Source: Octopus sinensis (taxonomy: Eukaryota). Taken from it: a stretch of 64,000 bases of DNA. Positions 27,518 to 40,272 of this stretch are shown here, piece after piece (within the stretch, counting starts at the first letter, position 1; each line of letters starts with the position of its first letter). The notes under the pieces were generated by a model, which was given only the letters and a program-made list of their open reading frames with translations, searched no databases and was not told the DNA's origin. A program made the position numbers and the translations under genes. Location: contig NC_042998.1 in the NCBI RefSeq assembly GCF_006345805.1, positions 182,776,001 through 182,840,000 on the forward strand, given 5' to 3'.

Positions 27518-27724
27518 TGAAGAAGAAGAAGAAGAAGAAGAAGAAGAAGAAGAAAAGAAGAAGAAGAAGAAGAAGAAGAAGAAAGACCCCTAGATAATGC
27601 TGATGATGATGACGATGGCGTCGATGTTAGTTGGAGATCATGTTGGTGGTGACTGCGTTTGCGTTGTTGATTGTAGTGATCTGGTTATGGTTATCAGTAA
27701 TGATGCTAGTGGCGGGGGGTACCA

Positions 27725-28540
27725 GTAAGAGAGAGGGAAAGAGGAAGAGAAAGTGGTGGAGGAAAGTGGAAGAGAAAGAGGAAGAGAAAGAGGAAGAGGA
27801 ATAAGGAAGAGAAAAAGGAGGAAGAAAGAGGAAGAGAAAGAGGAGGAGGAATGAGGAAGAGAAAGAGGAAGAGGAATAAGGAAGAGAAAGAGGAGGAGGA
27901 ATGAGGAAGAGAAAGAGGAGGAGGAATGAGGAAGAGAAAGAGGAGGAGGAATGAGGAAGAGAAAGAGGAGGAGGAATGAGAAAGAGAAAGGGGAGGAGGA
28001 ATAAGGAAGAGAAAGAGAAGGAGGAATGAGGAAGAGAAAGAGGAGGAATGAGGAAGAGAAAAAGGAGGAGGAATGAGGAAGAGAAAGAGGAGGAGGAATG
28101 AGGAAAAGAAAAAAGAGGGGGAATGAGGAAGAGAAAAAGGAGGAGGAATGAGGAAAAGAAAAAGGAGGAGGAGTGAGGAAGAGAAAGAGGAGGAGGAATG
28201 AGGAAGAGAAAGAGGAGGAGGAATGAGGAAGAGAAAGAGGAAGAGAAGAGGAGGAGGAATGAGGAAGAGAAGGAGGAGGAGGAATGAGGAAGAGAAAGAG
28301 GAGGAATGAGGAAGAGAAAAGGATGAGGAATGAGGAAGAGAAGAGGAAGAGAAAGAGGAGGAGGAATGAGGAAGAGAAAGAGGAGGAGGAATGAGGAAGA
28401 GAAAGAGGAGGAGGAATGAGGAAGAGAAAGAGGAGGAGGAATGAGGAAGAGAAAGAGGAGGAGGAATGAGGAAGAGAAAGAGGAGGAGGAATGAGGAAGA
28501 GAAAGAGGAGGAGGAATGAGGAAGAGAAAGAGGAGGAGGT
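27725..28540 (+). repeat. 25 bp purine-rich minisatellite (ATGAGGAAGAGAAAGAGGAGGAGGA)n
   Basis: Unit directly visible, most homogeneous at the 3' end. Confidence 0.9.
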
Positions 28541-29340
28541 GGTGGTGCTGGTGCTGGTTATGATGATGATGATGACCACGAGAACGACGATGACGATGAT
28601 GGTAACAATGACGATATTGATGACGGGGATGGTAGTAGCACGGGTGCTGGTAGTAGTGGTAGTAGTAGTGGTGGTGGCGGTGGTGGGGCGTGGTGGCGGT
28701 GGTGGTGGTGGTGGTGGTGGTGGCGGCGGCGGCGGCGGTGGTGGTGGTGGTGGTGGTGGTGGTGGTAGTGTGGTGGTAGTAGTAGTTGTGGTAGTAGTAG
28801 TGGTGGTAGTAGTAGTGGTGGTGGTGGCGGTGGTGGTGGTGGTGGTGGTGGTGGTGGTGGTGGTAGTAGTGGTGGTAGTAGTAGTGGTGGTGGTGGCGGT
28901 GGTGGCGGTGGTGGCGGTGTGGTGGCGGTGGTGGTGGGGTGGTGGTGGCGCGGCGGCGGTGGTGGTGGTGGTGTGGTGGTGGTAGTAGTGGTGTAGTAGT
29001 AGTGGTGGTAGTAGTAGTGGTGGTAGTAGTAGTGGTGGTGGTGGCGGTGGTGGTGGTGGTGGTGGTGGTGGTGGTGTGGTGGTAGTGGTGGTGGTGTGGT
29101 GTGGTAGTAGTGGTGGTAGTAGTGGTGGTGGTGGTGGCGGTGGTGGCGGTGGTGGTGGTGGTGGTGGTGGTGGTGGTGGTGGTGGTGGCGGGGCGGGCGG
29201 CGGTGGTGGTGGTGGTGGTGGTGGTGGTGGTGGTGGTGGTGGTGGTGGTGGTGGTGGTGGTGATAGTGGTGGTAGTGGTGGTGGTGGTGGTGGTGGTAGT
29301 GGTGGTAGTAGTAGTGGTGGTGGTGGTACTGCTGCTGCTG
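28540..29340 (+). repeat. Compound (GGT)n/(GTA)n/(GGC)n trinucleotide tract
   Basis: Directly visible. Confidence 0.95.
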
Positions 29341-29404
29341 CTGCTGCTCCTTCTGCTGAGTGATGACTGAGATGCCTGACTGACTAAGAACGATTGGCAA
29401 AGAA

Positions 29405-29435
<31 letters not shown>

Positions 29436-29763
29436 AACAAAAAGAGAAAGAATTAATAAGGCGACTCAAGTTTCAGATTCAGATGATGACTCCAGGAAAT
29501 ATGACGATTGAGAAAAATATTACTTTCTATCCCCTTGCTCCCTTTCTTTCCACAAGCTTCTCCGTATTAGTAAATCGTTCGTAATCCTTCAATTGTCCCC
29601 CGCAACGAATTTACCACCACGTCCCCTCTGCAGCTTTGAGTAGTCATAGGACGACTCACACATAACGCTCGCGCACACACATACATTATATACAGTGACA
29701 TAGCATTTTTTTTAAAGAATTGACGCCTTTCAACTATCTTTTTTGACTTCAGTTACATATATA

Positions 29764-30180
29764 GGCACAGGAGTGGCTGTGTGGTAAGTAGCTTGCTAAC
29801 CAACCACATGGTTCCGGGTTCAGTCCCACTGCGTGGCATCTTGGGCAAGTGTCTTCTGCTATAGCCCCGGGCCGACCAAAGCCTTGTGAGTGGATTTGGT
29901 AGACGGAAACTGAAAGAAGCCCGTCGTAGTATGTTATATATATATATATAGATGTATGTGTGTTTGTATAGTTTTGTGTGTCTGTATTTGTCCCATCCAA
30001 CATCGCTTGACAACCGATGCTGGTGTGTTTATGTCCGTCACTTAGCGGTTCGGCAAAAGAGACCGATAGAATAAGTACTGGGCTTACAAAGAATAAGTCC
30101 CGGGGTCGAGTTGCTCGATTAAAGGCGGTGCTCCAGCATGGTCGTAGTCAAATGACTGAAACAAGTAAAAGAGTAAAGAG
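29764..30180 (+). mobile_element. SINE family A, full length
   Basis: Head with A/B boxes, CORE-like segment, internal microsatellite, tail AAACAAGTAAAAGAGTAAAGAG. Confidence 0.92.
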
Positions 30181-30193
30181 ATCAATATTATGT

Positions 30194-30578
30194 GGAGGCG
30201 CAATGGCCCAGTGGTTAGGGCAGCGGACTCGCGGTCATAGGATCGCGGTTTCGATTCCCAGACTGGGCGTTGTGAGTGTTTATTGAGCGAAAACACCTAA
30301 AAAGCTCCACGAGGCTCCGGCAGGGGATGGTGGTGATCCCTGCTGTACTCTTTCACCACAACTTTCTCTCACTCTTACTTCCTGTTTCTGTTGTACCTGT
30401 ATTTCAAAGGGCCGGCCTTGTCACTCTCTGTGTCACGCTGAATATCCTCGAGAACTACGTTAAGGGTACATGTGTCTGTTGAGTGCTCAGCCACTTGCAC
30501 GTTAATTTCACGAGCAGGCTGTTCCGTTGATTCGGATCAACCGGAACCCTCGTCGTCGTAACCGACGGAGTGCTTCCA
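30194..30578 (+). mobile_element. SINE family C, full length
   Basis: GGAGGCGCAATGGCCCAGTGG head, GGTTTCGATTCC B box, ends CGTAACCGACGGAGTGCTTCCA. Confidence 0.92.
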
Positions 30579-30854
30579 GATCAATATTGGAAGCACTGTT
30601 GATGAAACATGAAATTAATTAATGTAGAATACACCTACGTATATTATAACTAATGAATTATTTCCCGCAATACAAGAGAAATGAGTTAAAAATTGTTTAG
30701 TATGAGTCACGGCGCCTTTTCTTTTATGTGATCGCTCCCCCTAACGTTAGGACCTGGCAACGCCTCTGGTTATCTATTCGATTTTAAAATTCTACTAAAT
30801 TTGACTGAAAATTCTTCAAGGCAGATATATAATATATAATATCTATATATATAT

Positions 30855-30925
<71 letters not shown>

Positions 30926-30931
<6 letters not shown>

Positions 30932-31140
30932 AAAGGGCTTAGTAAAATAAATTACTTTGCCGCATACTGAACTCATTAGAAATAGCAGCTAATGAGTTCA
31001 GTATGCGGCAAAGTAATTTATTTTACTAAGCCCTTTTATATAATGTAATAATTTGAATTCGCCTTGAATGGTCCCTTTGCATACTGAACACTTGGTGAAA
31101 TTGATTAATAATTAATTAATTTTGCCCTCGATTGTTGAAA
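30926..31140 (+). mobile_element. (TA)n-embedded fold-back element
   Basis: Perfect 54 bp arms 30926-30979 / 30989-31042; tail related to 54270-54365. Confidence 0.7.
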
Positions 31141-31162
31141 TTATATATATAATATATATATA

Positions 31163-31204
<42 letters not shown>

Positions 31205-31289
31205 TATATATATATATATACATATATATAAATACATATATATATATATATTATATATATATACATATATTATATACATATATATATAT

Positions 31290-31344
<55 letters not shown>

Positions 31345-32502
31345 ATATATATATAAAACTGAGAATGTGTGTTTGTCTGTCTGTCTGTGTGTTTCCCTAA
31401 AACTTGAGAACTACACAGCCAATTTCATTCAAATTTTACACATGCCTTACTTAGGGCCCGGGGAGTGTCATCGGCAAAAGATTTTTTTAACTTTTTGCCT
31501 AGGGCGAGCCCACAGCAATATCATATCTTCTCCACTACGATTCCCTAAAACCTGAGAACTACACAATCAATTTCATTCAAATTTTACACATGCCTTACGT
31601 AGGGTCCAAGTAGTTTCATGGGCAAAAAAAGTTCAACTTCTTGCCTAGAGCGAGCCCATAGCAATATCATATCTTCTCCACTATTTCAGTATTACATGTT
31701 AAAAGTGAAACAAAAACATTTCTCTATTTTATGTCAGATACTTTCACTATAACAATAAAAATAATAATAACAATTGAATTATATCTAGTAAGTAATAATT
31801 AAAATCAGACTAAAGTATAATATAATCGTAACATAAAAAAAAATTAAAATAGCAATTGGTATAAAATTGCATCAATGACTTGAACTTGAATAAGTGGTTT
31901 CACATGAATGGGAATAAATTAAAAATTAAATTAGTGTGCAGAAATGGAATAGTCCAGATGGATAGTAAAAAATTAAATTAAAGAAAAGACTATTGACTAT
32001 AAAGTATACAATGTAGAGAAAAAAGAAGATTTGAACACATAGAAGAAAGCACCTTCGAAAAGTGTCTTGGTGCGACTATGAAAGACATCTAATCAGAGGC
32101 GGTAAATTCGCCACAATAGAAGCAAGGTTCGCGTCAACGGAGCGTGCAAGGGAGTACTCGACTCGAACTTGCAAAGTGGAAATATTTTAGTTTTAGCTTT
32201 ATATCTGGGACGTAGGACGTCCCGGAAAAAAACTTTTTAATGCCCCCCCCCCTGCAGAAGTAGAGGTAGGCTGGATTGTAGAGGGAGGACAAGATACAAT
32301 TGATCGAGACGGGCTAACAATTCCAGTTTGTTATATATTTTGAGTATTGTTATCACTAGCGATATCAAGATATAACTTTGTATTTTGTATTTTATGTGTA
32401 GATGTATATATATAGATGTACATGTAATATGTACACATATATAATACACATATATACATGCACTAGCACTATGACCCGGCAACGACGGGTCTTTAATGCT
32501 AG
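31345..32502 (+). mobile_element. Non-autonomous Helitron with internal ~148 bp tandem duplication
   Basis: 5' TATATAAAACTGAGAATGTGTGTTTGTCTGTCTG; duplicated unit starting 31393 and 31541; 3' GACCCGGCAACGACGGGTC hairpin then CTAG|T. Confidence 0.7.
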
Positions 32503-32570
32503 TATATATATATATAATTGAGAAATTAATTCCTAACAATAATAAAATTTAAAATAAAAACAACAACAAC

Positions 32571-32610
<40 letters not shown>

Positions 32611-32639
32611 TAATAATAATATAATAATGAAAAACGAAA

Positions 32640-33428
32640 AATTTGCTGATATGCATAGCGTTGTTCTGGAAGAGGCTTAGGTTCATGTTCATTCACAAAT
32701 GCAACCAAGTTTGTGATGTCATAATTTGTCTCTATCACTAATTTCACGGCTTGTTTTTGGCACTCCAGAGCCAGAATCTTGCAAACTTTTGCCTCCCATG
32801 GCCAAAACTTGATCCTCAATTTCAATCAGCGCTTGGTTAAAAATTGTTTCAGAGAACTGAATATTGATAACTTAGTTTGTTTGTTGAACTGCATACTTTA
32901 AGTCCTCAGCCACGTCCTCACGATGTTTCATCCAAAGCTGTAGGGGACTGCCAAGTTAACACATGTTCAGTATAATTGCAAAAAGGTTACGGAGTTTCCT
33001 TGGAGAATCTGATACTGATGCTTCAATCAATGCAAGGTCCCAATGCTCATCATTTTCGAAAGAAAAAAAAAACCTTGTTGATAGCATACTTTCCTATTAG
33101 TTTCACACACATGACCATTTACCCTCTTCGAATCTTGGAATGATTTGGGACCACGTACTTCATACAAAAGGAGCCGTAAGTGGTTGTGGTGGTGAGGGGG
33201 GGGGGCACTGTAAACTCTTGCAAGAGCGTCATTCCGATTCCTTTTGTACCATTTATTGTTTCTTCAGGTGTAATACTGGGGTAATTGTGGGTAAAGGAGT
33301 TTTCTTGCATCATCATATACTTAATACAACTTTAAAAAAAGAAGTAAGGGTAGTTTCGTTTGGAGAAAGTGCTTGTTGCAAGGATGTTTGTTTTGTAAAG
33401 ATAACCCTTTGGTCATTCTATAGATGGA
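32640..33428 (-). pseudogene. Helitron Rep-helicase relic
   Basis: VHL.NDQRVIFT..PNETTLTSFF; LRLLLYEVRGPKSFQD..VNGHVCET; NYDITNLVAFVNEHEPKPLPEQRYAYQQI. Confidence 0.88.
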
Positions 33429-33576
33429 CACTCAGATGAATGAAAGGCTGAAGGGGAAAATTAAAGATGCGCCAAAAAGCTTCATTGGTACTGATATATC
33501 TTCCTCTGTCACACTGTGCATCTTCGTCATAAGAGTGTATGTTGTAGCATCTAATCTTTATTTATATATTTGCAAA

Positions 33577-33747
33577 CGTAGGAGTGGCTGTGTGGTAAGT
33601 AACTTGCTTACCAACCACATGGTTCTGGGTTCAGTCCCACTGCGTGGCACCTTGGATAAGTGTCTTCTGCTATAGCCTCGGGCCGACCAAAGCCTTGCGA
33701 GTGAATTTGGTAGACGGAAACTGAAAGAAGCCCGTCGTATATATGTG

Positions 33748-33809
<62 letters not shown>

Positions 33810-34003
33810 TCCCCCCAACATCGCTTAACAACCGATGCTGGTCTGCTTATGTCCCCGTAACTTAGCGGTGCGGTAAAAGAGACCGATAGAATAAGTACTA
33901 GGCTTACAAAGAATAAGTCCTGGGGTCGATTTGCTCGACTAAAGGCGGCGCTCCAGCATGGCCGCAGTCAAATGACTGAAACAAGTAAAAGAGAAAAAGA
34001 GTA
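33577..34003 (+). mobile_element. SINE family A, full length
   Basis: Homology to the other family A copies. Confidence 0.92.
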
Positions 34004-34109
34004 TACTCAATAGAGTTAACAGAGTTGCAGAATTCAACATTAACTCTGACTACTTGTACTCGTCTTTGCTTCACTGTTGAATACTTTGTGCCAATGCGAG
34101 TGGCACAAC

Positions 34110-35415
34110 CATTCCGAAAACCTACGAGCATTCAAGTCACATAGAATCCTGAGTGAGAAGCTAAAAGTCATGTGGAGGACAAACGTAACAGCCTGGATCA
34201 CCAGGCAATTCTTTTTCGAGGGGTCAACCTTGTATTCGGACTAGCAGTAAAAAAGTACATTCTGGAGAACAATCTTCCTCGACAATGCTCCTGCTCACCC
34301 TCCTAACTTCGAAGATGATATCCTGGACCAATTTAAATTTATAAAATTTCTGTTGCTTTCATGCAACACCACCCATATCTTGCAGTCCATGGACCAACAG
34401 GTGATTTAAAAATACAAATCTAACCCTTCGTGAATTTTGGAAGGAGCACTACAGCATTGTTAACTGCCTGACAATCATCGATATAGCCTGGCAGGGTGTA
34501 ACGAGAAGAATGCTGAATTCTGCATGGAGGAAACTTTGGCCTGACTGCATATCCAAAAGAAACTCCAAGAGGTTTCAATCTGAGACACTTATAGTCGAGG
34601 AGATAGTGTCTCTTGGCAAGTCCATGGGCCTCGAGATTGACGATGGGGATATTAACGATCTCGTCAACGAACACTGAGAGGAGCTGACGACAGATGAACC
34701 CTTGCGGCTTCAGGAACAGTAGCATTACGATGCGGTGGAAGAGATTGGTTCTCCGGAGGAGGACAGTGTAGCGGAGAAAGCTATCTCTACGAGTAACATA
34801 AAGTCAGTGTTGGCAAAGTGGTAGTTTGTTTCTGAATTTGTAGAAAAATATCATCCAGAAAAATTAGCTACAGTGCGTACAGCTGCTTTATTTAATGACA
34901 CTGCTCTGGTGCATTTTCGTAACATTTTGCAAGGTAGGATAAAAAGCAGACTTCTCTTGAAACGTTTCTAATGAAACGACATGCAAGTGTAAAAAGTGAA
35001 GAAAGTTCGTCCAAAAGGCCTAAATTAATTGAAGTGAGAAAGAAAACGCCAGAAATTGTTCTTCCTGAAGTCTTAATGGAAAGCGATTCTCTTTCCAAAC
35101 AGTAATCCTCTTCCTCCCCGCTCTATCGTCTTTTTCGCGCACAAATCGTCCCATCTTTAAGCTCATTCAGTTAATAAAACCAGTTTACATATTTCTTTTG
35201 CATTCTCCTTTTTATGAGTATCATTTTACTTGTAACTACACCTTTTCTGTTTTAAAACCCATAAAAAAATTTTTTGGGGTGATTTGAGGGGCGGCTGGAA
35301 CGGATTAATTATATTTTAGTTAATTTCAATGGGGAAAATTGATTTGTAAAACGAGTAAATCGTTAAACGAACTCAGTCATGGAACGAATTAAACTCGTAC
35401 TGTGAAGTATCCCTG
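34110..35415 (+). pseudogene. Tigger/pogo (DDE_1, TIGD1-like) transposase relic with right end
   Basis: KVMWRTNVTAWITRQFF; LDNAPAHPP; NTTHILQSMDQQVI; LNSAWRKLWPDC; EKYHPEK..FRNILQGR; terminus GAAGTATCCCTG|TA at 35415. Confidence 0.9.
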
Positions 35416-35698
35416 TATGTATGTGTGTGTGTATATATATATATATATACGCACACACACACACACATATATTATATATATATACATATATATATATATA
35501 CATACTACATACATATATATATAATATATATATATACATATATAAAATAAATATAAGAGAGTGGTCACTATGTGGCTCACTCTAGCACTAGTAAATCCAA
35601 AAGGTTTCAACCACAAAAATACATGTTTCCCATGAAAGTCAGTACGATTGTTAGCTCACACGAACAGGGCAAATAAAAAATAACAAAAATACAGATTA

Positions 35699-35779
35699 TT
35701 TTGGGACAATTGTTTCGCTATTAATGAATTAAATGTAATTTTACTCACAAAAAACTCACTTGTAGCTCCTCAGCCAAAA
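35699..35779 (-). ncRNA. Type I hammerhead ribozyme with canonical core
   Basis: UUUUGG-CUGAGGA-GCUA..UAGC-GAAA-CAAUUG-UC-CCAAAA: 6 bp helix I, 4 bp helix II, palindromic helix III, GUC site; inside a (TA)n-flanked element ~35560-35910. Confidence 0.8.
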
Positions 35780-36138
35780 CTATCTGGATGAAATCCACTC
35801 AATCACACGCCAGATTTTACCATAACGATAAATACACGTGTAGTTCAATTGATTACATCCGACGTTATAATTCAAATGCCCCTACCAACAGCGCGCCACA
35901 TTTATTTCTAAATTAATTATATATACATATATATATATATACACACACACACATATATATATATACACACATATATATATATATATATATATACCACACA
36001 TATATATATACATACATACATATATATATACATACATACATACATATATATATATACATATATATACATACATACATACATATATATACATACATACATA
36101 TACATACATACATACATACACATACATACATACATACA

Positions 36139-36212
<74 letters not shown>

Positions 36213-36499
36213 CTGCAGACGATATATTGTAGTAACGCTAAGTGGAGAAGCTATTTATTGCTTGAAAAGTTCCACCTACTAATTCTAATCCTAACATTTG
36301 ATAAGGAATGAAATTGAATAAAAATAAAAGAAATAGTAAAAATTTTATAAAAACAAAAAAATTTATGCCAGACGACTGCTGATGTTGCAAAAATAGAAAC
36401 GCACAAATATCCATCGCATCAAAGGTCTCTTCTCATAATAAATCCTCCGTTGCTATTGTTATTATGACGTACTTACGTACTTAAACGTTTTGACGAGAA

Positions 36500-36855
36500 C
36501 TGGAGTTAATACGTTAGGATGGAGGTGCCGGTGCGTAGTGGTGGGTGCGTAGGGTGCGAGAGTGTAAGGGTGGTACGTGTGGTGGTACGTGGAGGAGGGG
36601 AACAGCTGGTGATGTCGGTAGTGTTGCTGATGGTGCTAGTACTTGTGCTTGATGATGATGAGGGTAGTTCAGTTGGTGGCGACGGCGATGGCGCCGGAGG
36701 CCGACGCTGGCGCCGGTGTTGGTGGTGCCGGCTGTTGCGATAGCAACGGTTGTGTTGAGGTTATTGAAGGAAGCAGTGGAATTGTGACGCCAGTAGTATC
36801 GGAGGTAGTGCTTCCGTTAGTGATAGTGGTGTGAATGGCGTTTTAGGCAATTGTG

Positions 36856-36899
<44 letters not shown>

Positions 36900-36951
36900 G
36901 GTGGTGGTGGTGGTGGTGGTGATGGTGGTGATGATGGTGGTGGTGGTGGTG

Positions 36952-36983
<32 letters not shown>

Positions 36984-37330
36984 GGGGGGGGGTGATGTAG
37001 TGGATGCTGGCAGATGTGGTACTTGTAATAGAGATAGTATTTGCGGTTGTTGTTGTTGTTGTCGTGGTAGTGGTGGTATTAATACTTTTGCTTGAGGTAA
37101 AAATGATGTTTTAGGTGATGGTAGTCGTGGTAGGAATAACGGTTGTACTCGTGGTAGTGGTAGTGGTAGTGGTAGTTGTGGTGATGCTGGCAGTTGTGGT
37201 GATAGTGTTTCTGATTGTTTTAGAGGTAGTAATGGTAGTGATTGCGCAAGTGCTAGTACTGGTTGTGAAGGTACTAATTGTCGTGGTAACATTAGAAGAT
37301 GGAGGTAGTACTTGGGTGCTGGTGGTGTAA
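36500..37330. repeat. Degenerate (GGT/GTA)n trinucleotide low-complexity region
   Basis: Triplet periodicity grading into pure repeats at 36855-36985. Confidence 0.8.
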
Positions 37331-37663
37331 AAGATACGCTTTGTTTCTATGCATTAATTTTCTTCTTTTTGTACTTTAAGAATATAAGACTAATATCGAG
37401 GTGAACATTATACTTTATAAAAAGATATAGCATTTCATTTGATATGAATCTATTAATCGAAGAATATGGGAAATTTCTTTTCCTTTCGTTTCTCTGTTGA
37501 GTTCGTTTATTTCGATGATTTGTACTAAAAGTACACTCATCTCGACAAATGGATTTCTCTCTCTCTCTGCTTTTTTCTTTCTCGATCTTTGTTCAGATAT
37601 CTTGTGAGCTGCGCTGTCACTGTTTCAATTCCCTGTTATAAACATATAACATCAATTATTGAT

Positions 37664-37897
37664 GCCTATTTCTTTATTACCCACAAGGGGCTAAACATAG
37701 AGGGGGCAAACAAGGACAGACATAGGTATTGAGTCGATTATATCGACCCCAGTTCGTAACTGATACTTAATTTATCGACCCCGAAAGGATGAAAGGCAAA
37801 GTCGACCTCAGTGGAATTTGAACTCAGAACGTAACGGCAGACGAAATACGGCTACGCATTTCGCCCGGCGTGCTAACGGTCCTGCCAGCTCGCCGCC
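37664..37897 (-). mobile_element. SINE family B, full length
   Basis: Reverse-complement homology. Confidence 0.92.
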
Positions 37898-38639
37898 TTA
37901 TTGATACCAATGCATGACACGTTGTTTTATGCCTGGAATAAGTAATATTTTGCTTCATTGAAATTTAGGTATGTATGCAAGAAAGCATTATGTAAAAGAG
38001 GGTAAAGCAATATTGAAAAAAGGGCACCCAGAGAACACAAACTTCCGCCAAGGCAACACCAACGTCCTGATTTCTTTTATTGAGCACATGGCTCTTAAAG
38101 AGGGGGAACAATACAAGTACATACAAAACAATATAATGGGGTACATAAAAACACATATCGTATGAAATTATGAATACAATGAAAAATGAGGGTGGAATGA
38201 CTTACCTGCCCCCCATATGCAGGCAGTTTCATTTTACTGTTTTTATATAACATTTTACTAACAGTTCAATATCCAAGAGCAGCGATCATTTCTCTTGGAC
38301 AGTATTAATAGCAGAGGCGGACTGAACCATCGGTCAACTGGACACTGCCCAAGGGTCCGGAGCTCTAATATCTTGTATCTATTGGTTTTTCCTTTTTTTC
38401 CATCTTTTTAAAAAAAAATTTACGCAAAGTCATAATTATTCAGTTCTTAAATTTCCTCACTTACCATACGGGTGTCACTTCTAACTTTTCACCAAACAAT
38501 TCCTTTAACCTTTCTCCTCTCTTTCTCTTTCCAGCAAAACAGCCTTCAAACCTATATTTTTCTCGTTGGGTGACTATTTAATTCTGATTACATTCTTCAT
38601 TTTCGCAATCTTTTTTCAGTTTCTACACTTTTTGTGTAC

Positions 38640-39982
38640 TTTATCATATTTCTTAATTGTTTTCCTTTCGGTGTCTCTCTCTGATTTTCTTCACTAATCT
38701 CTTCTACTGTTGCTGGTATTTCTACCTCTGTATGTCTCTCATTCTTTATTGTTATAATTTCTCTTTCATCTTTCTTTTTCTTCTATACTTTCTCCTCCTT
38801 GTTGATTGTTGGTAACGGTTTCTGCCTTCGCTCCTCGACCCCTTCACTTACTTTTGTTGGCCTTTCATTTTTTTCTATGCTCGTTCGCTTATCCTTGTTC
38901 CACACTCTGCGTCTCCTCTCCATTTCCTTTTCTTTTCTTCTTAGGACTTTTTGGAGGTGAGTCCGCGTTACTCTTCTTCCTTTTCACCACTGTATACTGT
39001 TCTTCCATACTTTGCTCTTCTGATGTTGAAACCTCTTTTTCTTGTTCTTTCTCTATCCCCTCCTCTTCGTATTTCTGGGGACACTTAGTCCACATTGACA
39101 GTATACGGGAGGTCTTCCTTCCGCTACAACTCTCAGTTTCGTCTCGTCCGGCAACACCAATTCCTCTGCAAATTTGTGGAGGTCTGGTAAACTGATGTCA
39201 ACCGACACCTCAAGGCCGTATCCCCATTAGTTTACCTCCGTAGTTCTTGTGATTTTAAGTATTTTGGTTTCTTCTTCTGTATTATAGAGGATGGCTGCCA
39301 CCAGCCACGCCTCGTCAATTTCTGGGGGCACTCTACCAATCCTCACTTTGGCCGCACGTTTGCCACCGTAGGTTGGTAGTTGCACCCATTCAGTTGATTT
39401 CAAAGGCACAGCAGAGTGTTTACTCCACTGTGCCGTATTTCTTTCCTCTGGTGTAGTAAGTAGTTAGATTTTTGATTTCTTTCAAGCATTCTTCGACTGT
39501 CACTACTGCAGCTATTTCAACTCTTTTTGTAGCGATATACAACGTTCTCTATATTACTGTCCTTTTTTCTGGGTTTTTTTTTTCCAAAATTTCCTTAGGC
39601 AGCGTCAGACTCAGGTTGTCTCCTTCCTTTCTTAACAATTCATTGCACTTCTTAAAATTTGTTTCGTTCAGTTGGATTTCTCTAACTTTCAAGACATTTG
39701 CCATTAGACTTTTCCCAGTCACTGCAGCGTAACTGTTGGCTGGAACTGGTTGATATTCCATAACGGTATTATTCACAACTTCACCCATAAATGGGGAAGA
39801 AAAAGAAGAATTCACAGGTAACAATAAATTTAACAATTCAGTAATACAACAATTAGGTGCGGTAGACCTTCAACAATTCAAACAACAACAAGACTTACAT
39901 GAAACGAATACACATCAAATGCAACAGGGAATTAAATGACTTGACTACAACACCAACGTCCTCTTAACGATTAGCCAGAGAT
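38640..39982 (-). pseudogene. L1/Tx1-like LINE 5' UTR + ORF1 relic
   Basis: SYAAVTGK; WVQLPTYGGKRAAKVRIGRVPPEIDEAWLVAAIL; LRVVAEGRPPV..C..CG..CPQK (decayed zinc knuckle); TVVKRKKS..SPPKSPKKKRK; frameshifted. Confidence 0.7.
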
Positions 39983-39984
39983 GA

Positions 39985-40272
39985 TTTTTAAAATGAGAAT
40001 ATCTGAAATAAACTCGACTGCTCTCACAAACGAAAATACTAAAAATGAACTCGACCGCTCTCAAAAATTAAATATAAAAAAAAAGGAAAACTAATTCAGA
40101 ATCCTTGTCCAGTACCGGATCGATCCCAAAATCTACTCAGTCTGTGCCAGTCACGAGGCCAAACATCCCTGAAAGTTTCATCCGAATCCATCCAGCGGTT
40201 CTTGAGATATCGTGTCCACGGACAGACAAACAAATACGACTGAAAACAATACCTCCGCCTTAGCGAAGGCGA
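39985..40272 (+). mobile_element. Helentron-associated (HINE/DINE-like) non-autonomous element
   Basis: GAAAGTTTCATCCGAATCCATCCAGCGGTTCTTGAGATATC core, GGACAGACAAAC microrepeat, 3' hairpin CGCCTT..AAGGCG. Confidence 0.5.

Noticed and set aside
27638-29469. Long ORFs of 313, 303 and 164 aa
   Set aside because: Produced by a 25 bp minisatellite and trinucleotide repeats that lack stops
30194-30270. tRNA-like sequence at SINE heads
   Set aside because: A and B boxes belong to SINE families; no complete cloverleaf independent of the SINE body
36519-37330. Pro/Thr/Val-rich mucin-like ORFs
   Set aside because: Overlapping open frames on both strands with triplet periodicity, best explained as decayed (GGT/GTA)n; no splice support
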